A stretch of 58,602 bases of DNA from a virus (taxonomy: Duplodnaviria; Caudoviricetes), in the IMG/VR virus record IMGVR_UViG_3300006893_000009, positions 1 through 58,602 of that record; one strand, 5' to 3'. Positions 46,415 to 55,892 of the stretch are shown here, one piece after another; position 1 is the stretch's first letter; every line of letters begins with the position of its first letter. Under the pieces are notes generated by a model. The model was not told where the DNA came from and did not search any database. It saw only the letters and a list, made by a program, of their open reading frames with translations. The translations under genes and the position numbers were made by a program.

Positions 46415-46777
46415 ATGCCTTGGGACTTAGAAACCAAACGGCGAAGAGGTCGAGAACAATATCACAAGCATTCGGATATTTATATCCCAAAGCAACGTGA
46501 ATATCGTCGGCTATTACGCAAAGAGGTTTTTGAGGCTTACGGTAACAAATGTGTATGTTGCGGTATAACGCAACTACTTTTTCTAACCATTGACCATATA
46601 GAAGGAAATGGAAATGCACATCGTAAGTCGATAAATCGAAGCTCAGGCGCTGGCTTCTATAGCTGGCTTAAGCAGAATGGTTATCCGCCTCAGTTTCAAA
46701 TTCTTTGTTTTAATTGCAACATGGGTAGAGAACGTAACAAAGGAATCTGCCCACACAGTTCCGAAGATTTAGTCTAG
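46415..46777 (+). CDS. HNH endonuclease
   Basis: YGNKCVCCG..LTIDHI..QILCFNCN. Confidence 0.85.
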   Translation: MPWDLETKRRRGREQYHKHSDIYIPKQREYRRLLRKEVFEAYGNKCVCCGITQLLFLTIDHIEGNGNAHRKSINRSSGAGFYSWLKQNGYPPQFQILCFNCNMGRERNKGICPHSSEDLV

Positions 46778-46791
46778 TTATTCAATGGCTT

Positions 46792-46822
46792 GGGGGGAGC
46801 ACAAATCTCCCTCCTTTGCTTT
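46792..46822 (+). terminator. Terminator-like hairpin after capsid/HNH
   Basis: GGGGGGAG-CACAAAT-CTCCCTCC followed by TTTGCTTT. Confidence 0.55.
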
Positions 46823-46847
46823 CAAAATCTTCCCACAAGGAAAACAA

Positions 46848-47195
46848 ATGGCTATCGAAAATCTGTCTCCTCGTACTATCGTTACAGCGCCGGGGCCACA
46901 AGTTCCGGGCGTCAAAGAAGCAATGGCAAGCACTGCAACCCTTGACAAGAGTGATTGGCAGTGGGTGGAAGTGCCAGAAGAAGACTTGTTTGGTGAGAAG
47001 CATACTGGCGTTTCTATCAACTTTGAACAGTTTGGTCCTGGGCGTCACTTCGTTTCTGCTGAGAAGGCGGGCGAAATCAATCGTTTGCTTCAGAATAGAG
47101 TTCGTTCAGATATGAGAATTCTTCAGCCTAATCAGGATAAGAAGATGCTTGAGATTATGGAACGCAATGGGAAAGCTGCTCCGAGAGGCTTCTAA
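46848..47195 (+). CDS. Hypothetical late protein
   Basis: AAGGA SD before ATG 46848. Confidence 0.65.
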   Translation: MAIENLSPRTIVTAPGPQVPGVKEAMASTATLDKSDWQWVEVPEEDLFGEKHTGVSINFEQFGPGRHFVSAEKAGEINRLLQNRVRSDMRILQPNQDKKMLEIMERNGKAAPRGF

Positions 47196-47196
47196 A

Positions 47197-47730
47197 GTGG
47201 CAGATTTTCAACCCGCAGTACAGAACACGGAAATTTGGGAGGGGGGCTATGCAAATAGTCCCTCTGACTCTGGTGGAGAGACTTACCGGGGTATTAGTCG
47301 TGTGAATTTCCCTAATTGGTCTGGTTGGACTCTTATAGACGCTGCAAAGAATGCTCCGTTATTTCCACGGTCTCTCGATGCAAATTCGGTGCTTCAAGCA
47401 GCGGTCGTCTCGTTCTATCAGACAAATTTCTGGCATTACAATGGTATCAATAGTCAAGCCATAGCAAATAAGGTGTTCGACCTATGTGTGAACATGGGTT
47501 CGCATCATGGGATTACGATTACTCAATTAGCTTTGAACTCTTTGGGTGTAACAGTCAGACCTGATGGAGTGTATGGCCCCGGAACGGAAGCTGCGATAAA
47601 TGCTACGCCACCGGGTTCCTTGTTACCAAGTATGAAATTGCAAGCTGAAAAATACTATGAGGCCATTGTGGTCTCACATCCAGAAGACTCAAAGTTTCTC
47701 GCGGACTGGATACGGAGGGCAGACGCATGA
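47197..47730 (+). CDS. Endolysin, glycoside hydrolase family 108 with peptidoglycan-binding C-terminus
   Basis: EGGYANSPSDSGGETYRGI, FDLCVNMG, DGVYGPGT, KFLADWIRR. Confidence 0.9.
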   Translation: MADFQPAVQNTEIWEGGYANSPSDSGGETYRGISRVNFPNWSGWTLIDAAKNAPLFPRSLDANSVLQAAVVSFYQTNFWHYNGINSQAIANKVFDLCVNMGSHHGITITQLALNSLGVTVRPDGVYGPGTEAAINATPPGSLLPSMKLQAEKYYEAIVVSHPEDSKFLADWIRRADA

Positions 47731-47987
47731 TAGCAGTAGGTGGACAATTATCGGGTGACCAAAATCTTCTTCCAGAGCCTACATCGACTGCTGGCAATAT
47801 TCCACCGCAGTATATACCATCCCCTCAATTTCAACCCTGTCCGTGTTGTGGCCGTTGTCCAGTGTGCGGACGTGGTGGCTATCCAGCAGTACCAGTATTT
47901 ATGCAGCCCTACAGCATACCAGTGTACGGGTCACAACAGGAGGGAAATCTACATGTCGGAACTTCAAACATTGGAAGCCTCTGCTAA
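47727..47987 (+). CDS. Small Pro/Cys-rich protein
   Basis: PCPCCGRCPVCGRGG; ATGA overlap with the lysin. Confidence 0.45.
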   Translation: MIAVGGQLSGDQNLLPEPTSTAGNIPPQYIPSPQFQPCPCCGRCPVCGRGGYPAVPVFMQPYSIPVYGSQQEGNLHVGTSNIGSLC

Positions 47988-48648
47988 GAAAGTATTTGCC
48001 TTCGGTGTAAGCCATCTAGTTTTGATTGGTGCGCTTGCCCTATCGCTTATTGGCGGAGTGTTCTTGTATGATTCTAAACGAGCGGATATTGCTACCGCTG
48101 CCGCTTCTTTGGCCGAAGCAAAGGCCACGGCTCTCGCCCAGCAGAATTCTCAACTCCAAGCCGCAACTACCAAAGAGTTAAGTGACTTAGAACAACAGAA
48201 TGAAGTCTTGCAGGCTCAGTACAAGACTCTTCAAACTCAGTTTGTAGCTTTGGCCTCTCAACGCACCGCTGCTCAAACACAAGTGAAAGAGCTTCCTCCC
48301 GCTGAAGTCCAAAAGGATTTGGAAGCGAAGTTGGGTGGCAGTTTGACTGACGTTGAGATACTTCGCAAAGATGATAGCATTGTTACGGACTATCCTATCG
48401 TCCTTCAACAGAATACCGTACTTACTAGTGAAGTTCAAAGTCAGTCCACAACGGTAAGCAATCTTCAACAGTCTTTACAACTTGAAACATCTGCTCATGC
48501 CAGCGATGTCACTACTTGCAAAGCGCAGTTAGCTGCGGATGCCACGACTCTCAAGGCTGTAAAGGCTCAGGCTCGCAAGAGCAAGTTCAAGTGGTTTATC
48601 GCAGGAGTGATTACAGGTATCATAGGTGGACATGCGGCAGGTATATGA
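47953..48648 (+). CDS. Putative spanin (TM at both ends, coiled coil between)
   Basis: N-terminal TM, long Gln/Ala coiled coil, C-terminal WFIAGVITGIIGG; lysis context. Confidence 0.55.
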   Translation: MSELQTLEASAKKVFAFGVSHLVLIGALALSLIGGVFLYDSKRADIATAAASLAEAKATALAQQNSQLQAATTKELSDLEQQNEVLQAQYKTLQTQFVALASQRTAAQTQVKELPPAEVQKDLEAKLGGSLTDVEILRKDDSIVTDYPIVLQQNTVLTSEVQSQSTTVSNLQQSLQLETSAHASDVTTCKAQLAADATTLKAVKAQARKSKFKWFIAGVITGIIGGHAAGI

Positions 48649-48881
48649 ACTTTCAAAACATCTGGAACAAGATTACTAATGATGCGCACATCCCTATAGC
48701 TCTTGGCGTGTTCGTGTCAACGAGTGCTTTTCATTTCATCAAGCACATAGACTTGGGACCCAACTACACAAACTCTATCTACGCTATGTACGGGTTCCTA
48801 GCAGCGCACGGTGCAGCCCAACAGAAGTGGCCCGACTCTAGCTCTACACAAGGACCCACTACAGGTGGGACAGGTTCATAA
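48645..48881 (+). CDS. Putative holin
   Basis: 78 aa with two hydrophobic segments; lysis context. Confidence 0.45.
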   Translation: MNFQNIWNKITNDAHIPIALGVFVSTSAFHFIKHIDLGPNYTNSIYAMYGFLAAHGAAQQKWPDSSSTQGPTTGGTGS

Positions 48882-50027
48882 ATGGCAGGCAACACTTACT
48901 CTCAGGTTCAAGATGTTATCAACGCGGTATCGCAGGACGTTCGCAATCAGCTCCTTGCTAGCCAAGGCGCAGCGGGACTGCCCATTCTGATTGACTACAC
49001 CAATCGTATTTCCAAGGAGATGCTGCGGTTCTCTCGATGGGATTTCTTGAAGAGTGAGACGCAGTTCTTTCTTACAGCGAAAGGTCAGACAGACTATTGG
49101 ATTGGCCCGAAGAACGCGGGTCCAATTGGGATGGTTGATACGGGACTCGGCTTGATTGACGTTGACCGCATCCAGAAGAATTCATTCCGTGATGTGTCTA
49201 ATGGCAGAGACATATACAGTCTCGGAGCTAGCCCTATTGGTAACCAGTTCAATTACAAGAGCGGGCAGAATCGTCAAGGTCGGCCTAGTGACTATTGGCA
49301 AGACCACAACGACCCTAATATTATTCATCTGTATCCCGCTGCTGACAACATTAGCACTTACCAACCTGTGCCATCATCCCCTGTCGTAACCTCTGTGGCT
49401 GGAGGGGCGCTCCCATTGCGGAGCTATTACGTTGTTCTGACGTTCGTAGACTCTTCGGGCCTTGAAAGCAATGGCTCCATTATCTCCGTCGAACGCACCA
49501 TCCCGGCCAACCAAGTTGTTGCTGTAGCCTCACCAACCTTACCCTTCAATGAGACGACCACTGGGGTCATCTACTCTAGCTACAACGTCTACATTGGTGC
49601 GCAAGAAGGTAGTGAGACCCTTCAAAACGTCAGCCCTATTGAACTAGGCGCACCCTATCAGGAACCTAACACTGGTATCACTACGACTGGTGTTGGTGTT
49701 CCACAAACGAATAACATCACTCCGATTGGTGGATATGTGATGCAGTTCCGGTATTTCAAAGCTCGCGTCACCATCACTGAGGTTGACCAGCTAATCCAGA
49801 TTCCTGATGACTACTTTGATGTGGTTATCAACGGCGTCAGTGCCCTTGCATGGAAGCTGCTCGAACGCTATGACCAAGCGCAAGCCTGTCAGCAACTTTT
49901 CAAAGCTGGCCTGACTCAGATGGTTTGGGACAAGAACCTATTCCCCGACCAGAGCTTCATTCGGCCTGACCCGGCTACTTATGTCAATCTACAAAATCTC
50001 GGTATCATGCCAGCGACTAATACCTAA
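48882..50027 (+). CDS. Head-tail adaptor / tail tubular protein A-like with inserted beta domain
   Basis: RWDFL..GQTDY..GRPSDY..LYPAAD..IPDDYFDVVINGV pattern. Confidence 0.7.
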   Translation: MAGNTYSQVQDVINAVSQDVRNQLLASQGAAGLPILIDYTNRISKEMLRFSRWDFLKSETQFFLTAKGQTDYWIGPKNAGPIGMVDTGLGLIDVDRIQKNSFRDVSNGRDIYSLGASPIGNQFNYKSGQNRQGRPSDYWQDHNDPNIIHLYPAADNISTYQPVPSSPVVTSVAGGALPLRSYYVVLTFVDSSGLESNGSIISVERTIPANQVVAVASPTLPFNETTTGVIYSSYNVYIGAQEGSETLQNVSPIELGAPYQEPNTGITTTGVGVPQTNNITPIGGYVMQFRYFKARVTITEVDQLIQIPDDYFDVVINGVSALAWKLLERYDQAQACQQLFKAGLTQMVWDKNLFPDQSFIRPDPATYVNLQNLGIMPATNT

Positions 50028-50278
50028 TGTCTGAAGCAAGGATGACCCCGTTAGATTCTCAAGATGACCAGAATTATCGCTACTCCCGCGAGACGTGGCT
50101 TGAAGCCGGAGTAGATAACTGGACATTGCCACCGAGCCAGAACGCAGATATGATGCTTCAAATGCTAAATCTGCTCCCACCTATAGGTGGGTCCTTGCTG
50201 CGTCGGTGGGGATACAGACTCTTCTTACCAGTTCAAGACTTTGGGGCGACTCCAACTAGCGATTCTCTAAATGGCTAA
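50027..50278 (+). CDS. Small protein resembling the N-terminus of nozzle/stabilisation proteins
   Basis: GVDNWT..NLLP..GSLLRRWG. Confidence 0.45.
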   Translation: MSEARMTPLDSQDDQNYRYSRETWLEAGVDNWTLPPSQNADMMLQMLNLLPPIGGSLLRRWGYRLFLPVQDFGATPTSDSLNG

Positions 50279-52805
50279 TCCAACCATAAAGGCTGAGCAC
50301 CTCTATCTCTTTGATAGTGAAGGTGACGGCTTTCAAACTCTTATAGCGACTGTAGCGGATGGAACTGGCAACCTGAACTCTCTCACGAATAACGTGGGGT
50401 ATTGGGACCAGAACGGGAACCTCGCTCAGATATTCGCTCCAAGTAACGGTGCTTACAATCCGCGCATGGTCAACTCACGCGACTATGCTTACTTTGAAGA
50501 TGGGGTTGAGGCTGACCTTTACAAGTGGAACACTGACATTGGACTAGAAGAATGGGGTATTGACGCTCCAACGACCGCGATTGCTGTTGGTACAGCTACA
50601 GGCGGTGGCGCTAAATCCTATGTCATTACCGATGCACAAACGTCATCTGCTGGGGATACAACTTATGATGGCACTAACTTAGGTGGCATTGTTGCTTCGT
50701 CATGGGTCACGATTTCAGGCTTTACCAGTGCGGGTAACAATGGAACCTTTCAAGTTGTTAGCTCAACAGCTACAACTGTAACCGTCATCAATTCTGGTGG
50801 CGTCGCTGAGACTGGTGGGACATACGCACTTAGCACCAGCAACGCGCTTTCACCTCATGTCTTGCTCAACGGTTGGGGACCCTTCCAGCATATTGGCGCG
50901 TTTGAAAACAACATGGAGCAAGCGTATAACTTTACGTTTGCCGATACGACAGCTAATCCCTATGTTAACCCTACTGCTCCTACACTTGGTGTAGTCAATC
51001 AGGCGTTTTACGCTTACTATGAAGACCCAGGTAATCATAGCTATGGTGGTATCGTTTATGTATTCGCTGCACCTGCACAGACTCTAAGTGGACTTCAACT
51101 TCAGATTAACTCTGAGGTTCCTCAAACACTCAGCAACGGTAGCCAGACGACATTGCGCAGCGCGGGTATTTGGTACTCTCTTGATGGTGGCAACACTTGG
51201 ACCCAAATTTACAACCAAGGTGCCAGACCACAACAATGGGATACCATCTTCCTTGCGAATGGACAGAACATAGCTGATGTGCAGGTTATGGCATTTTGTG
51301 ATAGCCATGACCACATGGGACAGTTCGTTTACCAGATTCAGATTATTGGAACCACGACTGGAACTGGGCCTATCACCATTTACTCTGGCCGTACTTACTA
51401 TGCGGTGTTTAACAACAGCGTCACAGGCAACTTCAGTGACCTGTCTCCCGTGTCAGCAAGTACAGGACCCATTGATGGTGGGGCAATTCCTCTTACAAAT
51501 ATTCCCATCTCCGCCGACCCACAGGTAGATACTGTTTACATTCTCGCCACGGCTGATGGTGGTGACCCAAGCATTCTGTACTACGTCACCTCATTACCTA
51601 ACGGTACGACTTCCTATCTTGACGGTACGCCTGAACAAGTGCTCTTGCTCTCAGCAATCTATGGCTTTACTGACTCGGCTGGCAATGAGTTCGGTGTATT
51701 TGACAACACTCCGCCACCCGCAAATGGTAAGTTTCCCATTAAGCATCTTGGCCGAATTTGGATGGCTGTTGGTTCGGAAGTTCAGTTCTCTAAGAACACG
51801 ACTGACTTGACCACCCCTTCAGGTATTATCGCAGGTCGCTATGAAGAGGATTGGCCGAGCTTCAATGTGCTAGACATATCTGAGGACGCTGAAGCAGTCA
51901 CAGGTTTGTATTCGGATGGTCAAGTTCTCTATATTGGAACTGACCGTACCATTCGACGGATTCAAGGTGATAGCCCCGCGAACTTCTCTCTACCTCAAGT
52001 CATCTTTGCTGAAGTAGGTGTTGTGAATCAAGACGTTTGGCAGACCGTATTTATTGAAGGAACTCCTGTCGGAACGATGTGGTTGACGCCTGATTTCCGA
52101 GTCATTCTCTCGGACTTCAACACGTACAAAGATATCGGTACGCCAATCCAGAACATCTTGAGCAGCATTAACATCAGCGCGGTCGATTCAGCGTGGGCAA
52201 CATTTGGTAGCTATGGACCCTATGGCTTCTACATTCTTGCCATCCCAACAGGGATAAATACCATTCCTGATACCATGTGTGTTTATGACATGCGTATGAA
52301 GAAATGGTTCATCTGGCAAGCAGCGGACCTAGCGCTGTGCGGATTGTACTATATCAGTCTTGGTGGAACATCCAGAATCATCTTCTGCGATTCCAATGGC
52401 TACATTCGAGTGTTTGACCCGACGACATCTCAGGATAGAGCCACAGAGTCCACAGCTCAAGGTATCACATCTACCATTCAAACTACATGGTTGGATTTGG
52501 GCGACCCGATGCTGCGCAAGCTCATCAATGAAATTGAGACGTATAGTACTGACCCAAATATCACGGTGACCTTGGAAGGAGCCTCGCAAGATGCTAATGG
52601 CTTTCTCACACCTGTTGCAGCCGTCACTAACGCTCAATTGATTCCCAATCTCTTTGGTCAATTAAAGACGCCTACTGCTGGAACAGTCACAACGTCAAGA
52701 TACTATAGACTCACTTGGAGTACGACATCAACTGGAGTAAGCTTGCCTAGCGATGTAATTCTTGGTTCATACAGTCTTGAAGTCGTACCACTTGCGAGAA
52801 TCTAA
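50271..52805 (+). CDS. Tail nozzle / stabilisation protein (P22 gp10 or T7 gp12 analogue) with inserted domains
   Basis: 844 aa, beta-propeller-like (HLGRIW..FS..VTGL..YDMRMKKW..STIQT..D..RK); podovirus synteny. Confidence 0.7.
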   Translation: MANPTIKAEHLYLFDSEGDGFQTLIATVADGTGNLNSLTNNVGYWDQNGNLAQIFAPSNGAYNPRMVNSRDYAYFEDGVEADLYKWNTDIGLEEWGIDAPTTAIAVGTATGGGAKSYVITDAQTSSAGDTTYDGTNLGGIVASSWVTISGFTSAGNNGTFQVVSSTATTVTVINSGGVAETGGTYALSTSNALSPHVLLNGWGPFQHIGAFENNMEQAYNFTFADTTANPYVNPTAPTLGVVNQAFYAYYEDPGNHSYGGIVYVFAAPAQTLSGLQLQINSEVPQTLSNGSQTTLRSAGIWYSLDGGNTWTQIYNQGARPQQWDTIFLANGQNIADVQVMAFCDSHDHMGQFVYQIQIIGTTTGTGPITIYSGRTYYAVFNNSVTGNFSDLSPVSASTGPIDGGAIPLTNIPISADPQVDTVYILATADGGDPSILYYVTSLPNGTTSYLDGTPEQVLLLSAIYGFTDSAGNEFGVFDNTPPPANGKFPIKHLGRIWMAVGSEVQFSKNTTDLTTPSGIIAGRYEEDWPSFNVLDISEDAEAVTGLYSDGQVLYIGTDRTIRRIQGDSPANFSLPQVIFAEVGVVNQDVWQTVFIEGTPVGTMWLTPDFRVILSDFNTYKDIGTPIQNILSSINISAVDSAWATFGSYGPYGFYILAIPTGINTIPDTMCVYDMRMKKWFIWQAADLALCGLYYISLGGTSRIIFCDSNGYIRVFDPTTSQDRATESTAQGITSTIQTTWLDLGDPMLRKLINEIETYSTDPNITVTLEGASQDANGFLTPVAAVTNAQLIPNLFGQLKTPTAGTVTTSRYYRLTWSTTSTGVSLPSDVILGSYSLEVVPLARI

Positions 52806-54181
52806 TGCCGTTAAAACTCACTCAATATAATGACCCGGCTGTACTCAACAAGTGGGCAGATGGCATAGAACAGCAGTTGAACAGTCTGAAGATTCCCGTT
52901 CCTCTCAAGACTAACCTGCCTTCGTTCCTGACAAACAACGTCAGCAACAACATGCAGAATGTGTTGAACTTGATTGCTGGAACAGGTATCACTATCACGA
53001 CTGACCCTGTTGGCCATACCGTTATCTCAGCCGTTTCGACTGGTGATGGTTTGATTCACGGGACTTCGCCGTGGGAATCTGACCCGTCATATGTTAGCTG
53101 GCGCGATGACTTTCATGGGGCTATGGCTGGTACGTTCGCTTCCTCAACTAATCCTGTTGTAGCGATTGGTGAATTAGGTTGGGCCTTGACAGGAGTGGTT
53201 GGTGCAGACTCCGTTGGTTACTTGGGTGGACAGCCCCCTAGTGTTGGATTATATGGTTGGAGCAATAACAACGTTGCACAAGACGCTGGTTGGCTAACCT
53301 TCAACAGCTCCGGCCCGCTAACCAATAACAACCACCTTCAGAACTCTTTTGCTCTTGGAGAGCGACCAAATTGGGCAATGTCCTTCATTTGGAAAGTTGA
53401 AGGAGATTTGACTAGCCTTGGTGCCTTTAGTACTGCACAAAAGGCTATATACATTGGCTTAACTGACCCTTCGTTCTATCAGTTGACTACCGACCCTATC
53501 TCTCGTCCAAACACATTCATCGGTATTCGTTTTGATACAAGCACGTCAGCCCCAAGTATTAACGATTCATTCTACACACTTGAAGTTGTTTCCAATCAAA
53601 CTTTTAATACGGTTGGGCGAAACAATACTCAAGGTACGAAGAAGGTAACCAACGTCGCTCCTATACCGGGTCAGATTCACCGTCTGGATATTCTTTGCAA
53701 CGCAGCCGGGATGATAACTCTCACTCTTGATGGAAGCTCGTTGAATACTTTAACAGCCGCAATACCGATGCAGACAGTCAGTGTGAGTGCAACGGGTAGC
53801 TTGCAGAATAACATGGGACACATGAGTTGGTCTACTTCCGCAACCAATGCACAGTCTCCGTGGAACACTGGTAGCTCAGTTACGGTTGCTGGATACACTG
53901 GCGCACAAACTGCACTGAACGGTACACAGATTCTAGCAAGTTCAACCGATGGTGTTATTACTTTCGACTTGAACGGTTCGACCGTTGCTGGGTCCAATCA
54001 AGCAATTACAATGGCTGGGTATCCAAGTCTGACGCCAATCTTTGCGATGGGCAACGATGATACAGCCGCACCAACCGCGAACAATATGATGATGCTTGTT
54101 GATTACTTCTCTTTCGTTTGGAACCCCGGTGTTGGTGGTGGGACAGGGACTCCTTCCATTACACTTCCACGATACTTCTAA
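52805..54181 (+). CDS. Putative tail fibre / receptor-binding protein
   Basis: LIAGTGITIT stalk motif followed by WRDDF..VDYF lectin-like domain. Confidence 0.6.
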   Translation: MPLKLTQYNDPAVLNKWADGIEQQLNSLKIPVPLKTNLPSFLTNNVSNNMQNVLNLIAGTGITITTDPVGHTVISAVSTGDGLIHGTSPWESDPSYVSWRDDFHGAMAGTFASSTNPVVAIGELGWALTGVVGADSVGYLGGQPPSVGLYGWSNNNVAQDAGWLTFNSSGPLTNNNHLQNSFALGERPNWAMSFIWKVEGDLTSLGAFSTAQKAIYIGLTDPSFYQLTTDPISRPNTFIGIRFDTSTSAPSINDSFYTLEVVSNQTFNTVGRNNTQGTKKVTNVAPIPGQIHRLDILCNAAGMITLTLDGSSLNTLTAAIPMQTVSVSATGSLQNNMGHMSWSTSATNAQSPWNTGSSVTVAGYTGAQTALNGTQILASSTDGVITFDLNGSTVAGSNQAITMAGYPSLTPIFAMGNDDTAAPTANNMMMLVDYFSFVWNPGVGGGTGTPSITLPRYF

Positions 54182-54191
54182 GGCCTATAAA

Positions 54192-54425
54192 ATGGATAAT
54201 GACCAGTTCACAATACTGTTGGAAGCTGTTACTGATACCAAGGATAAACTTGACTCACTACATGGTGACTTCAGGGAGTTCAAAGGTCAGCAACAGACTA
54301 AGGTAGAGCAGTTAGTTAAGGATTCTGATAGCGACAGACTATGGGGTCGTATCCAGACTGTAGCTGTTATCCCAGTAGTCGCCGCTATACATGCATTCGC
54401 AAATCATAAGGGCTGGATAAAATAG
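54192..54425 (+). CDS. Small coiled-coil protein with C-terminal TM
   Basis: Coiled coil followed by a hydrophobic helix. Confidence 0.5.
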   Translation: MDNDQFTILLEAVTDTKDKLDSLHGDFREFKGQQQTKVEQLVKDSDSDRLWGRIQTVAVIPVVAAIHAFANHKGWIK

Positions 54426-54433
54426 GAGGGATT

Positions 54434-54781
54434 ATGCAACGCTTGAGATTAGCAACGCCGGAAGAGATTGAAGGGATTAGGGAAACCAGCGACCTTGACG
54501 CATCCTGTGTCATTCTCGCTCTCGATACGCAAGCCGGGACTGCACTAGCTGTGGTTCGTTGCCCCGTTGAAGTAGATCCTGTTTACTTTCCTAAAGAGTT
54601 CACCGACCGACTCAAGTTGTTCTTCATGCGAGATATTGAAACCTATCTCTCAACGAAGGGCTTTGCATCGTACTACTTTAACATTCTCGCTGACCAAGAA
54701 GATGCTGTGAACGTGATGAAAAATTGGGGGGCAGAAGTAGTTTCAAAGGCACCAGAGCTTCGTCTCAAAATGAATCTTTAG
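54434..54781 (+). CDS. Hypothetical protein (position of the GNAT-like gene before ejection proteins)
   Basis: GGAGGG SD; LRLATPEE..NWG; synteny. Confidence 0.55.
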   Translation: MQRLRLATPEEIEGIRETSDLDASCVILALDTQAGTALAVVRCPVEVDPVYFPKEFTDRLKLFFMRDIETYLSTKGFASYYFNILADQEDAVNVMKNWGAEVVSKAPELRLKMNL

Positions 54782-54789
54782 AGAGTTCA

Positions 54790-55215
54790 ATGTCCACCAA
54801 GCGCAAGACGCAAACAACGGCGACCTTTGACCCTATAGCAATGCAGGGTTATCAAGGGTTGCAATCCAAGATTCAATCAGGATTGCAGAACAACATCAAT
54901 GACCCTTGGACGGCTATGCAAGGTAACGCACAGCTAGCTCAGGGTAACACAAGTACGTTCAATCAATCTCCTACTTCTGAGACTGCATATAGCATGAGCG
55001 CACGGGGTATCAATCCGAATTCCCCATTGTTCCAACGACAAATTCTTAACGCAGGCAATGCCACTCGCCAAGCACAGGCCGGGAACCTCTCTAGTCTATT
55101 GCTTCAAGCAGGTCAGCTTTCTCAGAGTTCGGCGATTGCTGCCTCACAATATCAGCCGCTTCAGACTGGTTCGACGCAAACTAGTGGGAATAGTGGCCTT
55201 GGGAGTTACGTCTAA
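54790..55215 (+). CDS. Putative DNA-ejection protein (P22 gp7-like), paralog 1
   Basis: MSTK..T, Q/G/S-rich, PLQTG.TQ. Confidence 0.55.
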   Translation: MSTKRKTQTTATFDPIAMQGYQGLQSKIQSGLQNNINDPWTAMQGNAQLAQGNTSTFNQSPTSETAYSMSARGINPNSPLFQRQILNAGNATRQAQAGNLSSLLLQAGQLSQSSAIAASQYQPLQTGSTQTSGNSGLGSYV

Positions 55216-55892
55216 TGTCTACCAAGAATACTACCACATCAACCAATTCATATGCTCCCGGCTCTCTCGGCACCTACGAGAGTCTACAAGGACCAGCGAC
55301 ACAGGCTATTGGGAATCAAATTAGCAATCCAAATGGTAGCCAGTTGATGCTTGGACTACGTGGATTTGGTCAGGGCGCTATCGGGGGATTCTCCCGTGGA
55401 CTCCCGGCTGCATCAGGTGGTGGCTCAAATGGAGCGGCCTACTCCCGAAGTCAGGCAACCATTGGTGGACAGTTCAACCAAAACCTCTTGCTTGGCGGCG
55501 CACAACTTCGCAACCAAGCCATTGGTGCGGCGATGAACTACAGGCCACTGCAAACTGGTGGCACACAGGTTCAATCAACTTACGGTGCGGGGACTTGGGC
55601 TGGCCCGCTAATCGGGGCTGGGTTAGCCGTAGGGGGTGCTTTCCTTGGGGGTCCCGCAGGTATGAAGGCAGGACAGAGCTTAGGTAAAATGCTTCAACCT
55701 GGGACTATGACTCCGGGTAATGCTGGAGAGATGTATGGCCCTCAACAGGGTCCACCCGATGTCAACTTTGGTGATAGTAGCATGGCGGACAATTCAATGA
55801 ATGACATGGATAACATTTCTAACATCACTGGTGGCTCAAGTTATGGTGGCACTGGTGGAACGAATTACGCTAACAACGTGTGGGGCATGTAA
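55215..55892 (+). CDS. Putative DNA-ejection protein, paralog 2 with Gly-zipper TM
   Basis: MSTK..T, PLQTGGTQ, GAGLAVGGAFLGGPAG. Confidence 0.6.
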   Translation: MSTKNTTTSTNSYAPGSLGTYESLQGPATQAIGNQISNPNGSQLMLGLRGFGQGAIGGFSRGLPAASGGGSNGAAYSRSQATIGGQFNQNLLLGGAQLRNQAIGAAMNYRPLQTGGTQVQSTYGAGTWAGPLIGAGLAVGGAFLGGPAGMKAGQSLGKMLQPGTMTPGNAGEMYGPQQGPPDVNFGDSSMADNSMNDMDNISNITGGSSYGGTGGTNYANNVWGM

